Shown: piece by piece, positions 12,478 to 26,600 of the stretch
Layout: each line of letters opens with the position of its first letter
Numbering within the stretch: the stretch's first letter is position 1
NCBI RefSeq assembly: GCF_006345805.1
Contig: NC_043013.1
Span: forward strand, 17,360,001-17,424,000
Origin: Octopus sinensis
Lineage: Eukaryota
Direction of reading: 5' to 3'
Length of the DNA: 64,000 nt
Notes under the pieces: generated by a model
Seen by the model: the letters and a program-made list of their open reading frames with translations, nothing else
Told to the model about the DNA's origin: nothing
Databases searched by the model: none
Position numbers and translations under genes: made by a program

Positions 12478-13223
12478 TAGAAAATTCACCAAAAAGTCAC
12501 TTGACAACCAGTGTTGGTATGTTTACATCCTTGTAACTTAGTGGTTCAGCAAAGGAAACCAGCAGAATGGTACCAAGCTTTACAAAACAAAAACAAAAAA
12601 GTACTGGGGTTGATAAGTCCAACTAAAATTCTTCAAGGCTACACATTTGTAGCAGCAGAGCTGTGAGCTTTCAAGACCTGGAGAGAGCCCTGGATCTTCA
12701 AGCTATGGTCAACATGAGGTCATAGTAGAAGACACTTGTCCTAGGTGCCACACAGTGGGACTGAACCTGGAACCATGTAGTTGGGAAGCAAACTTCTTAC
12801 CACAGAGCCACACCTAGGAACAATTTTAAAATTGTAAAAAATAGGTCGCAGTAACTCAAACAGAAAAGATTGCACAATTGTAAGCTACGTTGCTTAAAAT
12901 ATCATGCATACGAAGAAATTAGTTTTGTGGTGCTCAAGATAATTTCCAACTCCATTCTACAGACTGACTCAGTCTTTTTTTTCTTTCTCCACTTCAAGAA
13001 AATTTAGGATTCAGTCCCACTACTCTACCCCCAGGATTTGGAAGATGGAAACTGTGAGGAAGCTCATCAAATATATATGTATATATCTATGTTCATGTAT
13101 CTTTGTGTTTGTCTCCCACCACCACTTGACAGACAACCAGTGTTGGTTTGTTTACATTCCCATAACTTAATGACTTGACAAAATGGGACTGATAGATTAA
13201 GTGACAGGTTTTTAAAAAATAAA

Positions 13224-13454
13224 AGGCAGCGAGCTGGCAGAAACGTTAGCACGCCGGACGAAATGCGTAGCCGTATTTTGTCTGCCGTTACGTTCTGGGT
13301 TCAAATTCCGCCGAGGTCGACTTTGCCTTTCATCCTTTCGGGGTCGATTAAATAAGTACCAGTTACGCACTGGGGTCGATATAATCGACTTAATCCATTT
13401 GTCTGTCCTTGTTTGTCCCCTCTGTGTTTAGCCCCTTGTGAGTAGTAAAGAAAT
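13224..13454 (+). mobile_element. Full-length tRNA-derived SINE (family B; central domain resembles Meta/MESC), nested in an older SINE
   Basis: A box GAGCTGGCAGAAACGTTAG, B box GGGTTCAAATTCC, central GCCTTTCATCCTTTCGGGGTCGAT; 18 bp TSD AGGTTTTTAAAAAATAAA at 13206-13223 and 13455-13472. Confidence 0.9.
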
Positions 13455-13736
13455 AGGTTTTTAAAAAATAAATACTGGGGTGATTCGTCCAAATAAAACC
13501 TGTGATGGTGGTGCCCCAGCATGGCTGCAGTCCAATGACTGAAGTAAAAGATTAAAGAAGAGATGCTTTTGTATTGTATTCTTGTTCTTGAATCAAGCAA
13601 TACAATTGTTAATTATAAATTTTAAACAATTGCATATGTTATACAAAAGGGCAAGTGTAGCTCTGAGCCAACCAAGGCCTTGTGAGTGGATTTAGTAGGC
13701 GGAAAGTGAAAGAAGCACATCCTGTATATGTATATA

Positions 13737-13796
<60 letters not shown>

Positions 13797-16000
13797 GTGT
13801 GTGTTTGTCCCTGACAGCTGTGTTTGTGTTACAAGTAAAAGATATAAGTACATACTCTGTTGTTTATTGTTTTTTATAGACAAAATTATACATTCTGTTA
13901 TCCTGTTTGTACTCCATTATTTTCTACTTTGTTGAAAAGTTGCCAATTGAAGTAAACAAACTTATATTTTCATTGTTTTATGACTTCTCAATCCAAAGAA
14001 GCGGCCCTTGGAAGATTCGAAACTGGAAACTGTTTTAGGGACACAACTAAATAATTATTTTGTTCTGTTTTCTCAATGTTCCTACTGCTCTGATATATTT
14101 CTGTATTGTCTTGGTGGAAATACCAGACAGGGCAGTAATTTACTGATTAAATTACATCAGATATATTTACCTGGTAACTTGCACTGAATTACCTGGACTC
14201 TTTCTTTCTGTGTTGCCCTTTCTGCTCTCATTCAAGTTTTATTGTTCTCTGTTTTATGTTGTTTTTTCTTATCTTCATTCCCTTGCTCTCTTTTTTCTTC
14301 TATATTTGCCTATTTAACTGTCTTTTACTCTCTCCATCCTCCAACTACTTATCTGTATACCTACCTTTTTACCTATCACATCTGTCTATTGATTTAGCTC
14401 AACAGCTGTCTAATGGTCAAGTTAGCTTGGCAGCTATCCATCGCTACTCACCTTTTTTTCTTACTTTCTGTGATTTGCTTTAAATTGTTGACTCTATATT
14501 GTGAACTGGAATTATTGAAATAAAAAAAAAATGTGAGGTGGGGAGAAAATTCGAAATAATAGTTTAGTTGCTATGACAACTTCAAATTATTGTAGTAAGA
14601 AAATGTTTAGATTTCTGTCACTTCAGAATAGCTGTCTTTTGTTGATTGCTCTATATTTGTAGATATAGATTTACCTACATAGCGACCAGAATTTTTAAAA
14701 GCACTATCTTGATAGCTATATAGCACCAAATAAAAATGAAAAGGACACACACACACACACAAAAAAAAACCCCAGCCCCTAAGCATAAATTCACCTAAGT
14801 AGGTGTAAACAGCAAAACATTTCAATGCTGATTAGATTAACTTAATTACTTTTATTTCTACTCCATATTTTTGAAGATTCCCCATCAATTTCTCTTGATG
14901 TAGAAACTGCAGTTTCAACATGATTTCTATGGATCCAATTTTTCTTAACAGTTTACAATGTAATTTATAATCATAATACTTATTACTCCTTTCCTTAGGT
15001 TGTTATGCAAATTTGATTTCATAAACTACATGGGAATAAATATTCTCTCCACATTGGCATATATGCACGTGCTAAAATGTTTTAAAACTTATACAAATTT
15101 TCAAATGGATTTTTCCAAATTGAATCCCTATACAATGATACTTTGATCCAGACAGAAACTGCAGCTAATAACTGTCTATTATACATTTAAGAATATTTTT
15201 CCCACTGAAAATAATTTTTTTTTCAGAATCTTTAAATTTTCATTAAAATACTTTGCAAGGCCTATAATTCCAGGTTTTGTTTTGAGAATCTGTTACACTG
15301 AAAAAATTCATTGACTATAAAAGGTGAAAATTATCATGAAGATGCTCCAAAACTTCCACAACAAATTTCATGCTTTTGCCTCTTATACAACTTTCCACTT
15401 GCTCGATAGATTCACTCCACCAAACTGTTGTCAAACTTTATGCTCCTAACACTAGCTTAATGATAAGTTAATTTACTAAAGTCTTTATGTTTAAAATTAA
15501 TTGAATGAAACACAGAGCATCTCAACAGAAATATGGTAACAAAAGGGTTAATGGTTGATTTACTTCATATATTTTAGCATAAAGTTCTTTATATTTTGCT
15601 TGATGAATTTGAAAACTAGCTGTGTTTCTTTTATCATGAAATCCAAATTTCTTGACAAATATTCAGTTGCAGGGAATAGTGTGTTAATATATCAAGTTTT
15701 TCTCAAAAAGGAAACGCACTGAATGTTTGCAGTGTAGTAGATTTAACTTAAGATACCTAAAAGCCATAGGTGGGACTTTACAGTGAAGTAAGGGGCTAGG
15801 TCTATTACTCAACAGCAGGTAGAGTTTGATGGGTTTCCCAAAGATCCTAACTTTTACTCTCAAGGTGTGGATTGATCTGAAGCTATGAGAGATGTGCCAC
15901 ACTGTCAGATTGAACCTAGAACATCTTGACTGCAAACTGCTAAAAAAAGACACATGCTCAGAGGTATCGGTAACAGATGAAAAGCATTCAGCAGCAGTGG

Positions 16001-16282
16001 TCATCATCATCATCATCGTTTAATGTCCACTTTACATGCTAGTATGGGTTGGATGGTTCGACTGGGGTCTGGGAGGCTGCACCAGACTCCAATCTTGATC
16101 TGGCAGTGTTTCTACAGCTGGATGCCCTTCCTAATGCCAACCACTCCGAGAGTGCAGTGGGTGCTTTTTATGTGCCACCTGCATGGAGGCCAGTCAAGGC
16201 GGCGCTGGCAATGGCCACATTTGGATGGTCCTTTTACGTGCCACCGGCACTGGTATCACAACTGCTATTTCCATTGATTTTT
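16001..16282 (-). mobile_element. Family A repeat upstream of SLC22 exon 1
   Basis: Starts (CAT)n-CGTTTAA; same 5' end (AAAAATCAATGGAAAT) as the copy at 26651. Confidence 0.85.
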
Positions 16283-16417
16283 AATGGAATTGCTAAATGT
16301 AGATTTCTGTGTCTTTTCATATCATCAATGAGCAAGTATGTACTAAATTTTCTTTTTCCATTCTTGTTTTTTAGTTTTAATTTTCTGTACATTTTATTCT
16401 TTCCAGGTTCACTCACA

Positions 16418-16708
16418 ATGCAAGCTGATGAAGTCCTACAACTCCTCAATAACTATGGAAAATACCCAAGAATTATCTACTTCTTACTCTGTTTTGTTAT
16501 TTTACGTGGAGTTTTTTCTGTGTTCTCCATTATGTATATTGCTCCGACCACATCACACACATGCAAGTCTGATCGATGGAACTCTTCTAGTGTCTCGGTA
16601 GCCACTTCAGACTGTTCTGCATTTGTCTACAATGGAACTGACAATGTCACATACGAATGTATGGATTGGTCTTACGACAAATCTCCCGAAGAATCCATAA
16701 TAGCACAG
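16418..16708 (+). CDS. SLC22 coding exon 1 (MQADEVLQLL...ESIIAQ); the exon starts at 16407 after an acceptor, so an upstream non-coding exon is implied
   Basis: ttccAG at 16405-06, ATG at 16418, donor CAG|GTCAGG at 16709; encodes TM1 and the Cys/N-glycan loop. Confidence 0.9.
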
Positions 16709-17640
16709 GTCAGGGTCTTTTATATGATTTCCATGTTTTATTTTGCTTTTGTTTTCTTACTAGCACTTGTGCTGGTGGCACATGAAACATTCAAGCAAGG
16801 ACGTCGCCAGTGCCACTGGACTGGCTCCTGTGCAGGTGGCACGTAAAAAAGCACCATTTCGACGTGGCCGTTGCCAGTACCACCAGACTGGCACGTACAA
16901 ACACCCACTACAATCTCGGAGTGGTTGGCGTTAGGAAGGGCATCCAGCTGTAGAAACTCTGCCAGATCAAACTGGAGCCTGGTTTGCCAGACCTCAGTCA
17001 AATCGTCCAACCCACGCTAGCATGGAAAGCGGGCGTTAAATGATGATGATGATGATGATTTTTCCATGCCAGCATGGTTCAATAATATATTATTGACACT
17101 TTGTTTACAGTTGAATGCCCTCCCTGTCACTAATCCTTGTCTGTTTCTTTTTTCTTTTTGCAAGTAAGGGATCTCTTATTCCACACATCTTCAAACACAC
17201 AAAGCCATTAGGTTATTTGTTGATAGGGGAAATGACATCACCATTTGTAGGTCAATGATTTTCATAGAAGTGCAAATATAAAACAAATACATAGACATGT
17301 ACATGCATACTTTCACATGCTGCACGCATATGTGTATATATATATATGTATCATCATCATCATTTAACGTCCACTTTCCATGCTGGCATGGGTTGAACGA
17401 TTTGACTGAGGACTCGCGAACCAGATGGCTGCGTCAGGCTTCAATCTGATCTGGCAGAGTTTCTACAGCTGGATGCCCTTCCTAATGCCAACCACTCTGA
17501 GAGTGTAGTGTGTGCTTTTACGTACCACCGGCACGAGGGCTAGTCTGGCGGTACTGGCAACAGCCATGCTCGAAATGGTGTTTTTTACGTGCCACCTGTA
17601 CAGGAGTCTGTCCAGCGGCACTGGCAACGATCTCGCTCGA

Positions 17641-17671
<31 letters not shown>

Positions 17672-20600
17672 CACATACTTATTTTTATGTTTCCTCTTGA
17701 CATTGTATGCTAATTGTTAATAAACGTTATCATACAAATGGTGTTGTTAGTTTGCAATCTTCCATGAAGTGTGTCCAGCTTTTGGGCCCTTCATGTTTCA
17801 AGGATAAGAGGTAGTATTTCACCCATCTGGAAATGGGTGAAGGTTGGTGACAGGAAGAGCATTCAACTCTAGTAAATCTCCCTTAACTGTATCGAAAAGT
17901 AGACATTAAAAAACCAATGATTTTTGCACACACATACATTCAACAATAAAATAGATGTAAAATAGTTTGGGTTGGGATCAATATATTGTCATTGGAAAAT
18001 TGTGAAGAATTAATTTTATTATGCGGTTTGCTTATGTTTTTATTATTTATTTCATAACATCTGGGTTTTTTTATTTTCTTTTTCAGTGGGACTTGGTGTG
18101 TGATCAAGAGTACATCATTCACCTCTCAACAGCCATCTACATGGTTGGGAATCTCTTTGGATGCCTAATTTTAATGCCATTCGCTGACAAGTTTGGTCGA
18201 AAGTTAATACTTAATTTTCTTCTTAGTATCCAACTGATTCTAAATTTTTCCTTAATCTTCAGTAACTCCATTATAACATTCACCATTCTACGGTTTTTCA
18301 TTGGTGCTGCTAACATTGTGAGTGACATTTGATTCCAAATTTATTTTCTTGCAGCATTTTCACATCTTTACATCTACCATTGTGGGAGTATAGTCTAACA
18401 GTTAGTGTGTTGGGTTTTTTGATCATGAGGTCACAGGTTCAATACTTTGGGTGGATAGCAGGTGGTGTCCTTGAGCCAAGACACTTCATTTCACATTGCT
18501 CCATTCTGCTCAGCTGAAATGAATACCTATTTCTTTACTACCCACAAGGGGCTAAACACAGAGAGGACAAACAAGGACAGACAAACGGATTAAGTCGATT
18601 ATATCGACCCCAGTGTGTAACTGGTACTTATTTAATCGACCCCGAAAGGATGAAAGGCAAAGTCGACCTCGGTGGAATTTGAACTCAGAATGTAGCGGCA
18701 GACGAAATACCGCTAAGCATTTCACCCGGCGTGCTAACAATTCTGTCAGCTCGCCGCCTTGAATACCAGTTAAATGCTGGTTGCCACCTGTCCTCTTTTT
18801 TCAACTGTTACATCCTTATTCCAAAGGTGAGAGGGCTGACAAGGTGTCTGTTTCTACCTGCATCTACACAGGCAACTGTAACAACTAGCAAAACCATGGT
18901 TATTGCTACTTAGTGATACTCACTCGCTAGTGACTGATAGCTTTTGACCACTGCCGTCACTTATACATTTCCTTTATTTCCTGTTCATTCATACAATCAT
19001 TTATGAGTTTCACAGTTATTTAACCAGCAATTGTTATGTATAGATGTTTGGTTAAGAAGTTTCCTTCCCAAACACATGGTTTTATATTCAATCCCACTGC
19101 ATGGCACCCTCGGTGAGTGTCTTCTACTATAGTCTTTAGTTTACCAAAGCTTTGTGAGTGGATTTCATAGGTAGAAATTAAAAGAAGCCTGTTGTGTGTG
19201 TGTATGTATATCACCGTGACCGACCAGGCTATCAGATGTTGCTACACATCGCTGGTCACAATGTGTCTTGGTATTGTTTTAGCCTTCAAATGACACCACC
19301 CTGCGGGCTAAGCGAGCAGGCCAACAGAAGAAAGAGTGAGAGAAAGTTGTGGCGAAAGAGTACAGCAGGGATTGCCACCACCCCCTGCCGGAACTTTGTG
19401 GGGCTTTAGGTGTTTTCGCTCAATAAACACTCACAACGCCTGGTCTGGGAATCGAAACCGCGAGTCCGCTGCCCTAGCCACTGGGCCATCGCGTCTCCAC
19501 GTGTATGTATATGTGTATGTGTATACATAATTAAAGCACATAGATGCAAAACAAGATGCAAAATGATACTTGAATACCAAAGGAAAGTAATATACTATGT
19601 CATTAAAACTGAAAAGTTATTGTCCCCATTCTTTTAAAATTATGTGTGTGTAATTCATAAATACTTCCTTAGTGTTCTCTAACCATTCATCTTACATATT
19701 GTCACTTTTATTCTTCTCCATTTTCCAGACAATAGCTTTGTTAGCCTACTGTATGTTATCTGAAGTCTTGCCTTCAACTCACCGAACATTACGTGTAATT
19801 GGTGCTTCTTCATTTTGGTCGCTCGGCATCATGTCCCTGGCTCTATTTGGTTCTCTCATTTCTGACTGGAAGATTCTGCAAATTGTTCTTTCATTACCAA
19901 ATCTTGTTGTGATTTTCTTGTGCTGGTAAGGGAAATTTTTTGAAACATTTATTTATGTGTTAATGTGTGAAAATATATTTTCAGGTGTGTGATATTGATG
20001 CTTTTAAATATTTCCTATGTTTTCTCTGTGTGTGTGTGTGTGTGATGCTTTCATATGTTCTATGCCTGTGTATTTGTGTGATGTTCTCGTGTGTGTGTGT
20101 GTGTGAGATCGTTTCTCCGTCCTTGTTTCGTATACATTCAAAGCTTTTTTCAAGGAATCTAATGCTCTTAGCTTAGTTTTTCCTTGGGGCTGGCCAGATT
20201 GGAGCAACTCAAGATTAATCAGCCGAAATTGCAAGGATGATCCGGTTCATGACTGAAGATTAAAGGCTTCGAATGACCCATCCGTGTTTTTTGTATCGTC
20301 TTCTGGATGTTTTGTGTTCTTGTCCCATTTTGTATTTATATATATATATATATATATATATGCTTTCAAGAGGCAGAGCCTCATAAAAGCTATGACAACA
20401 GGCAGGTGACAAGTGGTGAGATGCTGTGCTGAAGAAGATTTGCCCAATCCCAGCAAATATGGGAAAAGCAGATGTAAAAGTGATGATGGTGATGATGCTG
20501 ATATGTGTATGTGTTACAATTGCGTGTTTGTGTTTTGCATTCCTATATTGACATGTTTCACTTGCAATGTCTTCATATTCTGATAGAAATGTCTATTTTG

Positions 20601-23600
20601 TACTGTGCTACTAGTTTCACATGCAACTAGTGGAGGCACAAATAGTGAGTTGATGAGAGTTTATTTGCCTGGAATGAGAGTACAATTTAAACTAAACACC
20701 TATTTCTTGGTGATGCAATGGTACTACTAATGGTTTAAAAATTTTGGCACAGGGCTAACAATTTCAGGGGATAGGGTAGGTCAATTACATTAATCCCAGT
20801 GCACAACTGGTACTTACTTCATCAACCCTGAAAGGATGAAAGGCAAAGTTGACCTTGGTGAAATTTGAACTCAGAATGTGAAGACGGATGAAATGTTGCT
20901 AAGCATTTTGCCTGGCATGCTAACAATTCTGCCAGCACGCTGCCTTTTTGGTGAATTGTAATAATGAGTACAGGGTGACAGATTTCTGGGGGAGGGGTGA
21001 ACTCAAGGAAATTGACCCTGATATTTAACTGGTATTTTATATATATTAGAGAGATCTAGAAGAGTGAAAAGTCCTAGGACAATGTATATGTCTAGAAATC
21101 CAGGCAGTTTGTTCAATACCCTAACTACTCTATCATTTCAATAATAATAACCCTTTCTACTGGAAGCACAAGGCCTCAAATTTAGGGGAAGGGATTAAGT
21201 CGATTACATTGACCCCAGTGCATAATCGACACCGAAAGAATGAAAGGCAAAGTCAACCTTAGCAGAATCTGAACTCAGAAGATGTATGAAATGCTGCTGA
21301 CCATTTTGTCTGGTATGCTGACAATTCTGCTAGCTTGCTACCCTCAATGCAATAATCATAATAATTGTTTCTAATTTAGGCACCACAAGGCAAGCAATTT
21401 TGAGGAGAGGCAGGGTCAGTCAATGCTATCAACTCTGGTGGGATGAAAGGCTAAGTTGACCACGGTGGGATTGATCTCAGAATGTAAAGAGCTGAAACAA
21501 AAATACTACAGGGCATTCAGCTGAATGCTCTAATATAATTTATCAATATGAATATATTTTTTAATACTCTTTAATTCTTTTTTTTTTCTCTAGGCTCCTT
21601 CCTGAGTCAATATCCTGGTTATTTACTCACAAAAAATTTGAAAAAATCATGGAAATTTTAAACTGTGCTGCAAAATGGGACAAAAAACAACTACCCGGTG
21701 ATTTTAATTTAGAAACCTTGCAACATTCTCAAAACCATGATTTATTGCTGAATGATGTTAAAGTGAAAAATGATTTTCCTTCAAACAGCACACTGAATAA
21801 ATCACAGGATAGCAGCTATGAACCAAATAGCTACCAAAGCAAGAATTCAATAAAAGACTCTCAAGAACAACCAACAGAATCTACAGAAAACCCTTGTGCT
21901 AAACCTGGAAATGGTAACAAAGACATCGCAGAGAATGACACTTGGCAGTATACGGAACTGGTACCACAGACTAATTTAAACAAAAACTTTGAACTGAAGA
22001 CATTAAACATTAAGTCATTGTTTTCTACACCAAAAATGCTGGGATACACATTTATAATGTTTTATATATCGTAAGTCCACCTCATTTCTTCTACATTCTA
22101 TACCTATGTCATGCTACTCTTAAGCAGCGAGAGAAAATTTTTTTTGTTTTATGCAGTTTGCACGTAAAAGAACCATCCGATCGTGGCCGTTGCCAGCGCC
22201 GCCTCGACTGGCACCTATGCTGGTGGCACGTAAAAAGCACCAACTGATCGTGGCCGCTGCCAGCCTTGCCTGGTACCTGTGTCGGTGGCACGTAAAAAGT
22301 ACTCACTACACTCACGGAGTGGTTGGCATTAGGAAGGGCATCCAGCTGTAGAAATACTGCCAGATCAGACTGGTCCTGGTGCAACCTCCTGGCTCCCCAG
22401 ACCCCAGTCGAACTGTCCAACCCATGCTAGCATGGAAAGCAGACGTTAAACGATGACGATGATGATTTAGACACAAGACTTTTTGGTCAAGGACTATAGG
22501 AGTGGGTGGGAGTAGCGACTGAATTAAGCCTTTTCCCATATGTGTATGTTTTACTTGTTTCAATCATTGGATTGCAGCCATATTGGGACACTGTCTTGAA
22601 TTTTTTTCATTGAATGACTCAACCCCAATACTTTTTTTTTTAAGCCTGGTTTTTGTTCTCTCAGTCTCTTTTGTTGATCTAAGTTATGGGGACATAAGCA
22701 CCATCACTGGTTGTCAAGCAATGGTGGTGGACAAACAGACACAAAGACACACGCACGTAGGCTGATATATATGTGTGCATACATACATACATACATATAT
22801 ATGCACGCTCACTCACAACAGTTTCTCTCTACCAAATCCACTCACAAGGCCAAGGCTATAGTAGAAGACACTTACCAAAAGTGCCGTGCAGTGGCACTAT
22901 ACCTTGAACCATGTGGTCAGGAAGCAAACTCCTTATTGCACAATTTTTTTTTTCCTTGACCCCTAAGACTCAGTAAGACTGGTTACCCAGTTTCTATGAC
23001 ATATAAATGACTGGGATCACAACATTCCAACATTCCCCTGAATAGGATGCTGGTACATTGCAAAGTTCAAGACCAGCAATTTTCAGGGGAGAGAGCAAAT
23101 CAATTACAATGACCCCAGTACTTGACTGACCCTTTATCTTATTGATCCTCAAAGGGATGAAAGGCAAAGTTGTCCTTGGTGGGATTTGAACTGAGAATGT
23201 AAAGAGCCCTAAGATATGCTGCTTAGCATTTTGTCCAACTTGCTAATAACACAGCTAGCTTGCCAGTTTCCTATTATATTACTGGTACTTATTTTATTAC
23301 CATCCTCCATCTTAGTTAGATGACTTAATCAGAGAATGACTGTGTTTGACTGAATTCAGAAGTTGACTTCATGAAACCTGTGAACATTTTGACCATTTCT
23401 GCCAATCCACTGATTGCTACAATGATGATAATTTCATACATTGGCACACACATTTTTTTGGGGGAGTGGGGGAGGTCATTCTCAATAAAATAGAATGAAT
23501 GATAAAGTTGACCTTCACAAGATTTCAACTCAGAATGTAAAGGGCTGTAACTAAACGCAGCGAGGTATTCTGTCCAGCCCTCTGATGAACCTGCCGTTTC

Positions 23601-26600
23601 ACTGCTGTTTTGCCTGACCCTTCAATAATTCTGCCATCCCATTGCTCTTTCTCTTCAATAACAATGATTTGTACATAAATGCAAGACCACAAACTGCAGC
23701 AAATGATGTCATTGACAAAATTAAATCTAGTATTTTGACTGATATTTTATCATCCCCAGGAAAATGAAAGGCAAAGCCAGTCATGATGAAACTTGAAATC
23801 AGAACATAAAATTTTATTAAATATTTTTCTCTACAACAACATTTAACAAAATTTCCAGCATAGTCACTGTGGGATGATGTCAGCAGCTGGGGAGCTGACC
23901 AGAACTTGGGGTTGACCGGAAGAGGACGGGGCAGGGGAGCATTGGGCCTTTTTGATCTGGGTAGCTGACAGTGCTGGACATGTGAGTGCTTTGACAAGAT
24001 AAGGGGAAAGCAGCTGCTATTTTTAGAGTTCAGGTCGGGCCATGTGGAAGGGTGCGTTACCACCGGAGAGGTCTGCGTTGACAAAGAGAAGATAGGTGTC
24101 TTTACTTCAAATCTCCCGCGTACACCACAGTCACAAGGTCAAAAGTTTGAGTGTAGTTTTAGATATGCAAAAAGGTAGGACGCTTACAGTGAGAAAGTCT
24201 CTGATCATAGATCTGCTCAGTCAGGACTGACCTAGAGCTAAACAAAAGCAACAGTGTATGTGTGTGTGTGTGCATGCATGTGCACATATGCATATAGATA
24301 TGCATATCTATAAAATTTTCTTTTATGTTTGTTTCCAGGACAGTAAACAGTTTAAGTTATTTCGGAATAATTCTCAGTACACCATCTCTGCCAGGAAACT
24401 TATCTTGGAATCTCTTCTGGACTGCAATCTCTGAGATATTTGCATATATCGTGACAATGTTGATATCAAACAAGTAAGTTATTTTCTCAAAATCCCTTAA
24501 CCCTTTCGTTACTATGTTTCTGCAGAAATACGCCACCCTTGTTTCAGTTCATCATGAAAGTAATGAAGAATTCAGTAAAATAACCTTGTCTTTATTAAAC
24601 TTGTGTTTGGAACATAAATTAACAGGAAATTTAGATGGGAGGTTTTAATTTTGATCACTTCAAATTTTCAAGGAGTTTGTATCATCACACCAGGCTGGTA
24701 TCAAAAGGTTTTAACCCTTTTATTAGCATATTTCTGTTGAATTACTCTACTTTTTTACATAAAATAATCATATTGAAAATGTAATATTGTATTTCTATAT
24801 CCAAGTGGTCAGTATTTTAACCCTTTAGTGTTCACATTATTCTGCCAAAATTAATGCTTTTTAATCCACATTGTTTTAAACTAATCATGCATTATCTTGT
24901 AGCTTTGAGATTTTGATGAGGTAGCTGTTAATTTTTAAAACGATATTGTAGGATTGGTGTGAGAGACCAGATCTAGCCAGTTTGAACATAAAACAGGCAG
25001 AATACTTTTGGCCAGATATGGCCAGTTTAAATGCTAAAGGGTTAATCTGTTTGTTTCAGTAGTAAAAACGTCCATTCTGTTCTCTTCCACAGATTAGGCT
25101 GCCGTTATCCCATGTCAGCAATGATGCTAATAGCTGGCTTTTCAAACTTGGTAGCATACGTTTTAATCACCTATTGTAAGTGATCCTCTTAGCCACTTTA
25201 ATTTGAAGTATTTTCTAATGTGTGTGTGTAAAAAAAAAAAATATGACGATAGTTGTAATTGAGGTATTTTGTATTACTATAAATACAGGGTGTGTATTGT
25301 AGGAAAAAGCCATCAAGGTCTGATTCCTCATCTCTATTTCCAAATAATTCCAACTATTTTTCTTTATTTAGTTTCTCTTTGTAATTACCACCTTAAGTAA
25401 CAGGTATATTCTGTTTCTATGTGTGTGTCAATGAATTCAAGTGATAATAAATAAAGAAAACAATCACTGTGTATAGTTAGTACAAGAAATAAAAGTTACC
25501 TGAGCGAATGAATAGACACACCTGTAAACCAAAATGTCATGGGGTTTTTCCCAATGACAGTGATTTTCCTACAGTACACACCCTGTCATCATCATCATCA
25601 TCATCGTCGTTTAACGTCCGTTCTCCATGCTAGCATGGGTTGGACGGTTCGACCGGGGTTCTGGGAAGCCAGAAGGCTGCACCAGGCTCCAGTCTAATTT
25701 GGCAATGTTTCTACAGCTGGATGCCCTTCCTAACGCCAACCACTCCGTGAGTGTAGTGGGTGCTTTTTACGTGCCACCTGCACAGGTGCCAGGCGGGGCT
25801 GGCAACGGCCACGGTCAGATTGGTGTATTTTATGTGCCACCGGCACGGAAGCCAGTCGAGGCGGTGCTGGCATCGGCCACGAGTCGGATAGTGCTTTTTA
25901 CGTACCACCAGACCAGGGATCCTGGCTGGTTCAATTCGATTTCGATTTCGCTTGCCCCAACATGTCTTCACAAGCAAAGGGGGTTGGCAAGGGTGCCTGT
26001 CGTACGGTCGCATTGGAGTATTTTACGTGCCACGGCCACGAGTCGGATAGTGCTTTTTACGTACCACCAGACCAGGGATCCTGGCTGGTTCAATTCGATT
26101 TCGATTTCGATTTATAGTAATACAAAATACCTCAATTACAACTTTTGTCATATTTTTTCCCTGATTACATTGCATCGTTATTATTATATGTAATTTTTTT
26201 ACTTATGTAATTGATAAATTTTAACAAATTCTTAATTTGTCCCCATTATTTAATTGTATGTCTTTCACCCTTCCCTTGACTTTATATAAATCATTTACCC
26301 TGGCCAGCATGTCTTTGCAAGTTCTTTGTTTAATGTACTTTATTGTATCTTTCAAGGCATTGTGACAAATAAACAACCTCGCTGGGGTTGACTGTCTTTC
26401 ATCCTCTCACGGTTGATAAAATAAGTTCCAGTTGAGCACCTGGGTCGATGTAATCGACTTACCCCTCCCTTGAAACTGCTGGTTGTGTACCAAAATTTGA
26501 AATCATTATTATTATAATAATAAATGAAAGTTATTTATCCACACAAACCATACTGAAGCAGACATCGCAGTATGATGCCGTCCTTGGATCTGTTGGATCC

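Noticed and set aside
4977-13320. tRNA-like sequences (4977-5040, 8500-8567, 13224-13310)
   Set aside because: They are SINE heads with A/B boxes, attached to SINE bodies and flanked by TSDs; they lack a complete cloverleaf.
16049-16846. 265 aa ORF as a single-exon gene
   Set aside because: Only 16418-16708 is coding; the flanks are repeat and intron sequence that happen to be in frame.
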